In this document: in pieces, positions 11,801 to 23,800 of the stretch
How positions within the stretch are numbered: position 1 is the first letter of the stretch
How the letters are laid out: every line of letters starts with the position of its first letter
Source: Barthelona sp. PAP020
Lineage: Eukaryota
Direction: 5' to 3'
Assembly: GCA_040182905.1 (NCBI GenBank)
Contig: JARQWU010000034.1
Coordinates: forward strand, 1-58,278
Length of the DNA stretch: 58,278 nucleotides
The notes under the pieces: model-generated
What the model saw: the letters and a program-made list of their open reading frames with translations, nothing else
Database searches by the model: none
Told to the model about the DNA's origin: nothing
Translations under genes and position numbers: made by a program

Positions 11801-14800
11801 TCATTAGAAGAACTAATCATTTTACTGCCTTCTTCTAATGACAACATAGAACCTTCTTCAATCAATAAGATAACGCTGCAATCAATTATCAAAGATTCTT
11901 TTAACGTGGCATTGTTAAAAATAAGTTGATGAGGTTCATTAACAACGACTGAACCAATGATTGAATCATTTAAATAGGTAATTCCAGCGTCATTAAACTC
12001 AGTTTTATCAATGGACGACTTATCTATTCTCCATGTTGAATTATGAGTAATATTACTATTTGTTGCTGATAATGAATCAGAGGTCATATTGACATCCCCA
12101 TGATAGGTGAACTCAGAATCAATCAAGATGAAATCATTCAAATCAAATTGTGAGGCATTGACAAGTGTCAAAATAGAATCATTCTGTACTATAACATGTG
12201 AATCAGTAAAAATAACATTTGTGCTAACGAAACTTGAATTATCCAACTGAATAGAACTGTCAGTACCATTCAACATATCTGAATCATCATTAAAGAAAGA
12301 ATCAAGCAAATTGATGCAATCAATTTGTTCAATGTTCGTATTTGTTAAGATAAATGTCGAATTATCCTTCATCATCAGTGTAGTCACATTCTTAAATGTG
12401 CTATTATTGCTCTTTATTAACCCATTATCAATATTTATGGATTCAAAGTTTTCAACAATGCTATCTTCAATATTAACAAAGGATTGAACATCCAAATTGA
12501 TATGCTGTACTGTGGCATTATTAGTAAAGTTGGCAATACCAAAATCAACGTATAAATGCCCTAAATCAACAACATTTTGAAATTCAACATATGATAAATC
12601 ACATGTTGTATGCATACTTTCTGAAGTGACGTTTCCTTCAACGAATTTGGCAATTGAATCAATAGAAATATCAGTCAAATTAACATAACCATCACTGAGT
12701 AATGTAATGTTGTAATTAGTTCCAACATATATATCCTTTCCATTTAATTGCGTTTCAGGACAAATGTATGTATTAACATCGATGTAAAGAGTATTGACAA
12801 CATATACATCACCACAAACAAGCACATCATTATTTAAAATATCACCTTCATCATTGATGGTGAAAGCGTCTTGAACATGATTGTTTGATCCATTTTCAAA
12901 CAACAAGGTTGAATTGTTAAAATAGATATTGTCATGGATAACAGAACTGTTGATAATTTTCAAAGTATGATTTGAACCTAACGTTAAACTAGAAATGTCA
13001 CCATTAATGATTTCAGTTTCAGCAGTTCCATTCAAGGTACTGGAAGAAATACTACCATTTGTCAATGTCAACAGTGTATCATGAATGATCTGACTTCCAT
13101 CTATTCTGTAATTAAGTGAAGTCAAATTGTTCAAATCAGCATCAAATATCAAAGTACTGGAATCAATTAATAAATCTTCAAAAAGAATATCAACAAAGGA
13201 ATCATCTGTTAAAACAATAAAGGACGAATTTTCACTCATTGTAAGATTGACATCTGAAAAATTAAGTGTGGCATTGTCAAACAATACATAAGAAGTGTCA
13301 TTCACCTCAATACAAGTATTTGTCATGTTGATCTTCGAATTATCCACAGATAACGTGGAATTCTCAACGTTCAAAACATCCCAATCAAAAATTGTGGTTT
13401 CATCTGTCATTTCAAAATGACTTTCATTCTTGACTACTAAAGAATCAAAATCCTTAACAGTAACGTTATTAAATGTGGTATTTCCATTGTTAACATCCAT
13501 AAACAAGTGTTCAAATATACATAAATCACCCAAAACATAACTCTTCGATATAACAGTCACATTTTCAACTTTACAACCGTCACCATTGAAAATTAGTTTT
13601 CCTTTGTCAACATTAATATCTCCTACATAATTAACATACTGAGAAACAAACAATAAACTGTTGTTATTGGTCAAAGTAATGTTTCCATCTCCCACTAGCT
13701 CACCATCCAATAAATTGACAGTAGTATTGATATTCATTGTTGAATCAACTTGCAAACTCCCATTATTAACTAAGTATGCATGTTCATTATTATATCCTAT
13801 GTTAACATCACCATCAGTAATATTGAATGCACCAGAGGGCATATTTTTGATCAAAACATCAATAAACACGGGATCTTCTCCTACTTTTTGTATGGTACCG
13901 TAATTTAGTACCGTTGGGACACAAGAATCATCTGAGGATCTGAAAGGTGTACCAGAGGTTAAATTCAAAACTGATTCTTTGTCTATTGTTAAAACGCTAG
14001 AACAACCTAAAGTGATAGAACCATCTAATGTAACATCATTGGAAATATTCAAACGATGTGGTGAAATAACTTCAAAATTACCATCCACAATACCTGATTT
14101 AACAACAGTTAATCCATCTTGAGTCAAAGAACCATTTGTTAATGTGGCATAATCAGCAAACATGGTTGTATTATGAGCTAATTCAGCATCAACAATGTTC
14201 AGATCATCAACATACATTATCAATGAAGAAGTATTGAATGCCATCACACCATCAATCAAATCAAGCTTTGAAGCATTAAAAATGGATGCCCCATTTTCAC
14301 CAATTTCAAAACGGCCATCGATCATCTTGACATACAAATCATCAAAGTATGCACGAACATCATCTTGAACAATTACAGAACCATTATGAATGGTTAAATT
14401 TAAATTGGATAAATCAACGTCAGAGCCAGTCTCAAAAATGACACTTCCGTTGAACACTTCCAAATCATTAATCTTTTGGATGACAGAACCATCTTCAAAC
14501 CTTAAAGTTCCATTATTCATTTCAACCTCCAGATATGGAACAACTGAATCTTTTTGGAACACAGTTTCACCACCATTGGATAACAATTCCATGTTTAATA
14601 TGTTTGCTGTGTCACTCACTTTCAAAATACCTTTGGAAATGTTCACTGATCCATCGAAATCGAAATCACCACCCAAAACAACGTCAGATAAGTCATCATC
14701 AATAACAATTGAGGAAGAATTTTCACCAGTAACCACAGAATCATCAGAGAACTCAAAGTTTCCAACAATATTGAAAATAGTATCATTGGATAACATAATA

Positions 14801-17800
14801 TTACCATCAGAGAAACTATTTGTCCCAACTTTCAATCCTCCCTTTTCGATGCAAACAGATGCATTTTGAATGTTGTTTAAGCTAATTAATAACTCAAATA
14901 TTTGATCTCCTAACTTTGTGAAATTACCTTCATTGAGTAAAGTAGGCATAGTGGATTCAGTGACACTGAGAGCTGGATTAATTTGACCAGTAATAAACGT
15001 CAAATTGGCTTGAGGCTTGTTATCAATAATGACATTGTCACCAACATTGATAATACCACCATCAATTGTGAAGTTTCCATAGGAAGCTAATTTGTGTCCA
15101 TCAAAAATATAACAAGGCTTACTTTCAGAACATCCTTGAATCGAAATATTTTCCAAAACTTCAGTTATTCCTTTGCCAACCAAACCTCCTTCAGTAAAGG
15201 TCAACATATCGGTGTTAATGTTACCAGTTCCTGTTCTATTACCTCCATTGATATTGATGGAAGTACAATTCATAATTTCATCACCATCATATCTCAATTC
15301 ACCATCAGATAAATTGATGTAACAATCTTCAATTAAATAGCTATCATCAGTAGTATTCTTGAAATATACTAGCCCTCCTTCGATGTCAAAATATACAGTT
15401 GAAGGCAGAATCGTGGTGTTTTCAAAGTCAATTAACCCATTTTCGGAGCAGCGAATCTGAGCATTTGCCAAATTAAACTCACCCTCTGCAATCACAATTT
15501 CACCATCAGAAGACCACAAAGTATGTAAATGTGGTGTTTGTTCTGTAGGATTACTCCACTCAATTTTAGAAGCACTGTGATTAGTTCCGATTCCTATCTC
15601 TTGAATATATCTATCAATGTGGAAATTACCACCTGCACCAACAATTGTAACATTTATCAATTCACCAGCACCATCAGGTAAATAGACATCACCAAAAACT
15701 GTATTAGTTTCATCAACCATAGCGTAAATTTCACCACACAAGTTCATGTATTTGGGATTGAAAGTAGCCACACCAACAACAGTGATAGCACCTGAACCCA
15801 TCAATGTACCTTCCTCAGTGACAGTTAAATTGCCCGTTTCAGAAACTTTGGCGAAACAGCCTTCAATCAAGGTCATATTTGCGTCAGAGATGTATTCTCC
15901 ATTAATCACAACGTTGCAAATATTAGCTATGCGATGTTGATCATGAATGTTCCAATCAATGCTTGAAGTATTCAATAGAGTTGTAGAGTCATCAAGATTT
16001 TCAATCATATTGATAGAATCAACATCTGCAATCAATTTGGATGCATCTTCAATGATGAGAGTGGAAGTCAAATGTTGGGTCAAGTTCATATTTTTCCCAA
16101 CTACAATAGCTGAATCGTTAAAGACTAAGTCACCATAATTATGCAGTTCACTATTGACGATGATCTTGTCTGCCATGGAATATACATTACCAAAGGCAGT
16201 ATCCTCAATGTTAATGTTCATACCGTCAATAACTCCTTCTTTGAATAAGAAACTGTTGCTAACGTTTAAGGGTGCAGACAAATCAGTCAGTTTAGAAGTC
16301 AAACAACCACCAGAGTCAATGATGACATCATCCACACTTCTTTCAAGATTAGTATACAGATAGCCATCATCCAAAACATTAAAACTGTGGATATTGCAGG
16401 TACTGTTATGATTCAAAATGATTTCTCCCATTTGAACAATGAAAGTAGTGTTACATGTGCTAATTTTATCTGTATATTCAGTAATAAAGGTTGAATCAAC
16501 GTTTTCTACACGAACAATGGTGTCATTGAGATTAACAAACGAGACATCAGATAAGAAGTGTATGTCACCACCTTGTTTTGCACTAATGTAATCAACTTTA
16601 CTCATTGTGGCACTTTCCTTTATCTCAATAATACCATTATCTCTTGCTGTTAAATTACACAATTCAATACTGCTTCCAATAATATCTACAACACTGTCAG
16701 ATAAAATGGGTACTTTTACACCTACACAATCAGAAGTTAAATTGACATAGGCATTTTCACTGCTCCAAATGGCACCAGTTGAATTAATATTGACTATACT
16801 GGATATTGAAGTGTGACCATCACCAGCAGTGGTAAACACACCACTGCCATCAATAACACTTTCTTTATCAACAAAAGTCTTTCCAATTGTATAAAATTCA
16901 GAAAGGGTTGAAGAATTAACAAGATGAATGTTACTGTTTTGGAAATTGGTTTCTCCCTCTGATTTCATCTTTGAATCGATAACACTTAAATCAACATCAG
17001 TAAAATACGTTGTTGTATTATACATAAAATTCGAGGAATCGATGACATTCATTTTCACATTTGTTAAGTTGAATCTGGGTATGGTATCATAAATTTGAAG
17101 TATTTCCATAGTTTGAGAACCAGAATCAACCAAAACATTTTCGTTCAAGTATAAGTAACCATCGTCAAGTAATCTAACATAACCATTTTCAAAAACAGAA
17201 TTATCATCAGATTGGATGATACAATCAATGTTTTTGTCTCCAGACCCAACAAAACTTAACACAGAATCTTTGTCTTCACTATATTCTTTCTTTACATAAA
17301 TTAAAGGTTTTTCAGCATTGTAATATGTTCCATTGATTAAACCTTCAGAGAAATTGAAGTGTTTCGTCACTTTTATTTGTGTATCACCAATAATATATCC
17401 TTTATCCAGTAATACCTCATATATTTTCATATCTTCACTCCTAGAGTTCACATTGAGCCCACCTCCTTCAATTGACATCTTGCAGATAGGACTCAATGTA
17501 GCAGTAGTTATTTCCACTTCACCTTTCGTAATTTCCATATTGATACAACTCTCAGTGTTAATCGAACTGGTCTTATCAAACAGAACATGTCCTCCATCAA
17601 TTCCAAGTGTAATATCAGGTTCAAAGGTAATTTGGCTGTCATTTGCAAAAGTAACTCTTGCATTATCATTACTGGTCTGAAACTCCCTTATATCTAGTTG
17701 AGTACCGGTGATTTCTATGGAACCAGGCCCAACAATGCTAATAAAGGCTTCATCAACCAATCCATCAATGGTAGCATTACCCTGGTCCACCAAAACATTT

Positions 17801-20800
17801 AACTGCTCCAAATGAGCAGTGTCATAAACCTCAAATTCACCATCTTTAACATTATATTTGATGCCTGGTCCAGATTCGTTAAGTAGATTAACCTTTCCCT
17901 CTTCAATCACATCAATTTCACCATCACCTTCAATTCTACCATACACAGTCAATGTTCCATTGACTACAACACGAGAATTCGGTTCTAAATGTAAAACAGC
18001 CCCTTCCTCAATGACGTAATCACCTGTGATATATAATGTATTATCTCCGAGAATAGTCACATTGGAACCTGTTTTTTGTTCAACAGGTAAGCTGACATAA
18101 ACATCGTTATTAATAGTCAACTTTGAACTTGGTTCAAATATAATCTTAGGGCTATTATCAGTCAGATTGTATTTTTCTTTTCCCCAATACAATGGACCAT
18201 CTGTTGGCATGATTGTAACAGGATTATTTTGAATGAATCTGAAAACAGCGTTATTTTTCATTTCTAATGAACCACAACCATCACTACAACCATTACATCC
18301 ATATATTTCAATTGGATCTTCAACAGTAACAATACTGTTATTTCCAATCACTTTAGAATCACATCCTTTATAGACTGAATAAGTATCAATAGAAACATTG
18401 GTATTGGAACCAAATCCACCACCAATCCAAGTAAGATTAGTTAATACCAAATGACTGTAAGCTTCTTCAGGTTGAGAAACAACTAAACCAACGTCTTCAA
18501 TAGTTATATTCTTGATTGAAACATTTCCAAAAGCTGTATTGATCCAAAATTCACCATCACCTAAAACATAGAAACATTCCAAATTGGGCCATTCAATTGA
18601 GCCTTCATTTGTTATGTATAATACACCAGATCTTATAACAGGACAAGTGTTCATTGTCACATTGTTATCACTCTCAAATTCAACATATCCACCGGTAATA
18701 ACCAATTGCTGTAAATCAACAGTAGAATCAGTTCTAAAGTATGTTTCACCACCTTGAACATCATAAAGATACGTTTTACCAGTATCACCATCTTTTAAGA
18801 ATTCAGTAATGCCAGGCTCATATTGATGGAAAATTTGCAAATGGTCGAATTCACAAGGTCCAAAAGATACTCTATCTCCAATATCATGAACAATAGTTAC
18901 ATTCCTGTAGACGTTGTGGTTAGTTAGATTAAGATGATCATTTTCAACAACTGAAATAAATAGATCGAGACCCTCTGAATCACAGAACTTCACTTCACCA
19001 CCTGTCCAAGAGAGATTCATGAAACCAATGTTTGCCCCGCACAAATCTAGAACACCATCTTTAACAAAAGTAGATGAGGTCAACGACAAATAGCCTCTGT
19101 AAATTCCTTCTGCATCTGATTCAATGACACCAAATGACCCAGGACCAGATATACTGCATGAATTGGTACCATAGAAAGTACCATTAATCAAATATAAGGT
19201 AGATGTTTCTTCAACAATTATGTTAGCATTGTAACAAATACTATCTCCACCAATGTACAAGAAAGAGTCTGGTGACAAGGTTAATTCATTATTGAAGTAA
19301 TTATCCCAATCAAATGTTACAATTGAAGTGGTGTTAATGGTTACAGTACCATTAATAGTAAGATTTGCATGATTTACGGGATCAGAATTAACGAATGTAT
19401 GATTGACAGCACTGATTATGAAGGTTGCATCTTCACAAACAACAAAATCAACATCACTATCACCATACACATCACCATCTTCCCATTCCACTTTCTTTAA
19501 TATGTTCACTGAAACATTATCCACAAAGTGTTTAGGATAATCATCAATGAGTCTCAAATAATCAATGTAAATAACACTGGTATCAATTGTATTGGTAAAA
19601 TTACCACTTGAAAGCTCAACAATGTCTAAACTAATATTTTGAACTGAGAAAACTGAGTTATCTTTCAATATCAAATGATTTACATGCTGGATTTCATTAT
19701 TTTTTGAAATAAATGCTGAATCTATCATGGTGATATTAGTTTGATCAAACAAAGCAGTAGAAACATCCACATAACTGTCTTCTAATCTTACAAAACATGC
19801 TTCAGAAAACATTATTTGGGCATTGTTCGAAAAATCACCGATCAATATGCTATCATATAATAAAAAGTGACTACACTGTCTTAAAGAACTGTTATCATCC
19901 AAATAAATAGTAACATTATTAGAAGCTGTAAAATTATTAATGTTAATAGCAGAATCATTGCAAATAAAGACAGAATCATCAAAATTACCGATGAAATCAT
20001 CAGAAATAACATCAACAAAATGAATCTTAGAACCTGTTACTTGATTAAAGTTTATGTTACTCTCAATATCAATAAATGTGACATTAGAATCAATAATTGA
20101 ACAGAAAACCATTTCTTTGGGATAGGTGAAATGTGATTTCGTTATGGTATAATTGGCATCAACAAAAGTTATACAAGAGCCTTCAAATAATGAACTGTTA
20201 AATGTTCCATTTCCGGAGATTTGAATCAAACCAGCAGACACACTCAAAGTAGTTGAATTAGCATTGACATTTTGCATGTATACAATTGAGTTAGTAACAA
20301 CTTTACCATTTTGAACAATATTTACACTGTTATTCAAATGCAGATTGCCTAATGCCGTTATTGTACCATTATCAATAATCACAGCATATGGTATGATATT
20401 ATTGATACCATTATCTTGACTAATGTGAGAGTTTTCATGTAATGTAAACGTAGCATTGGTATCCAGGAAAATTACATCAGCAGATAGTTTCATCAAACCT
20501 CCGTGTTTAATAAACACATCGGCATCAAAGAAATTAATGATCTCTTCAATTTCGATGGTAAGATCTTCAATATCTAACTCATTTACATTGTATTCATGCT
20601 TAATTTCCTTACCATTAGCAAGTTCAGCCTTAATTTCTAATAATTTAACATCGTCAATAACCAATTTTGGTAAATTGAAGGTATAATTATAAAACTCACC
20701 GCTTTGAACGTATAAAACACTGTTATCACCAACAATATCAACATTTCCACCAGTCTCTTCATTTCCCAAAAATAACTCTTTGATTGTGTAATTGAAACCA

Positions 20801-23800
20801 TCGTTAACAGCTAAAATTCCATCATCAATGATGACGGTACCTAAAGTATTGTTTCCAATTGTATCTTCCAATGTAAGACTACCTTCATCAAAGATTTTAA
20901 CATTGAAACCATTGAAACTAGTCTTGTTAACAAAAATTAACTCACCATTTTTAATGTTAAAAACTGATTCACTCTCAGATTCACATGTGGTGTTGATAAA
21001 CACCGTGATTCTATTTAAAGTAAAAATAGACCCATCAGTTAAACTCAGTAACCCTCCACAATCAACCAAGAAATTACTTTGTGTAATTCCGTTGCCACTC
21101 AAAGATGACTCACTTGTCACTTCAATAATACCTTTTTTGCCAATTTGTAACGAACCCAGGAAAATCTCTTCATAATTGTTCAATCTTAATTTACCATTGG
21201 CTATATTGATCCAACCAGTCTCATATGTGAACAGATTTGTTTCTACTATGGCCAATTCGTCACTTTCACAATCAAGAGATTTAGACAACACACCTTCATT
21301 TATCACTGTAAAAGTATCGTTTTCATTCAAGCTTTGTAACCATGAACCACCACACAATTTCATTTCTGCATTTTCTCTTATGGTCAAAGAAGATGTTCCA
21401 TCACCAATTAAGTGCACATTCTCTTCTAACTTCATTTTTCCAATCAATGTTAAGTTATGATTATCTTCAATGATAAAATCAGTGTCAACGCTACTAGCAA
21501 AACCTTCGTCCAGTACTATTGTGGTACCATTTCCAGCTAAACATCCATCAATGACTTCTAAACTACCAACCTCAATAGTGTCTGGGCCTACACGACATGA
21601 ACCACACTCCAATCTTAATTTTTCCAAGAATAATATTTCATCATCAGATCCACTGGCAGTGACATTCATTCCACATACATTAATAACAGCACCATCACAA
21701 AAAGTAACACTGGGTAAGAAAATGACATTTCCTTTACCTCTAAGAACTGATTCATCACCGGTAATACAATAATGACCGGCAAATACCACAGTGTTGTTAT
21801 CACTGAACTCCACAAAAACGTTATGTCCATACAAAGAGGAATCGACATCAAACAAATAATCAGATGCAAAAATCAACTTATTCTTAACATGTAAACTTCC
21901 ATTCGTTGCCATATCACCCTTAGATATTGTCAGATTTAATCCATTAGCATAGAAATCTCCACTTAAAAGATTCAACCTCCATGAAGTTATCAATCCAATA
22001 TCTTCAGTTAAGGTTAAATTACCAGTGTTTTGTAAGATGGGCATATTAGTGGATCCATCCAATGTAAAGTTCTCATATTCATAATATGTGGTATTTTCAA
22101 GTTCAACACCAAAATGTAACCTCCAATTTGTTCCAGAAAATAGTGCCATTTCACCTTTGTTTAAGAATTTACTTTCAGGATCAGCTCTGATGAAGATATC
22201 AGTACCTTTCGTCTCACAAAATCCTTCATTGATAATAGTCGCATTGTTATAGATTTTTAAATTTAATGTGGGCCATAACCAAGGTATATCAGGTAATTCT
22301 TCCATGATTGGATCGTAGAAATACATGTATGTCTTGGAAATGGTATTTCCACCATAAAATCCACCTGAACTCCAAAGTAATTGTTCAAGAACAATTAAAT
22401 CATCTTTACCAGTTTTGTATCCACCAGAAACAGTTAAAATATTAACGTAAGTTTCAAAATTGGAATCAATAACAACAAAACCAGAATCTAAATATAAAGT
22501 ATCAAAATATATAGCACTTTCACGTTCGTAGAAAGTAAGATTGGGTCCTGCTACAATAATTGAAGCTGCAGATGTAAACACTGCATCTGAATAAACAATA
22601 CAAGCACCAGTACCTGCTGTAACATCACCAAATCCTTCACCAAATCCTTCAGATAAATAATCACTGTCACTTTTTCGATTGATGAGTCTGGGATTTGTGA
22701 ACATCCAAGTTCCATGCATATGCAATAAACCGTTTTCATAGAAAGATATAACAACACCATCTTGTGTAGTATCAAAGATAGAAGTATGGTTGAAATAGAA
22801 ATCGTAATCTATGATGAATTCAACAGAGTTAGTGAACTCTATCAAACCAGAACTCCAACCACCAGCTTTAAAGCTCAAAGTACCACCACTTTGAGAGATA
22901 TTGCCTTCATTTTGCATGACCAAATATGAATTCATATCGTTTGACAATAACACGACACCCTTATTGATAAAATAGGCGGCATTTGTCACATTACTCTCCA
23001 ATACCCAATCAACTGCTTGGAAAATTCTCAACTCTGCACATGCGTCATTCAGAATCGTTGAATTTTCAGCTGCCAAGAAAGAAGAAACACCTGCCAATGT
23101 TGGATTTTTTTCTTCATCCTCAACAGCTGGGAATGATAATTGTCCTTGGTTGATAAAAATAGCATTCACGCCAAGTAAAGAAAATTCTGATCTGTACACT
23201 GTTGCTGTATGCTCCGATATCGTGATGGAGTTCATTGCGAATCCACCACCATACCATTCAAGGGTATCTGTGACAATTAAAATATCTTCACCTCCTCTAT
23301 ATGAGTCTTCCAAAAGGGTCAAATTTACACAAGAAGCATTACGATTGGTGAACAGATTGAAATATCCGTTTCTTACATACGCATTTACCAAATTAATATC
23401 CTCTATCACATTGTAAAAGGAAATAGTACCACTATTAATTTCAACATTGGAAATACCCACAGGGTTTGAATTATCAAGTAAAGAAATCTTACCACCTGAA
23501 CACGTTAAATCATTACCTACATCGAACAATCCACCAATCTTGAGATGAGCAAATCTCAACACTGTTAAAGTACCACTGACAGTGAAATTAGAACTAGGAG
23601 TTGATTCAACATAAGCAATGTCATCCGTACTGTAATATGGCTTTTTCAAACCAATCATGATTTCTGAATCAGGGTCAATAATAATGGTTCCTCCAAGGTT
23701 GGCACCTTCTTTCAGACTAAATCGCCCAAACTTAATATGAGTTGTAGAATTGTAATGAGAGTAATAAAACGGATCGAAATCGAATTCAAAGCATGGTTCA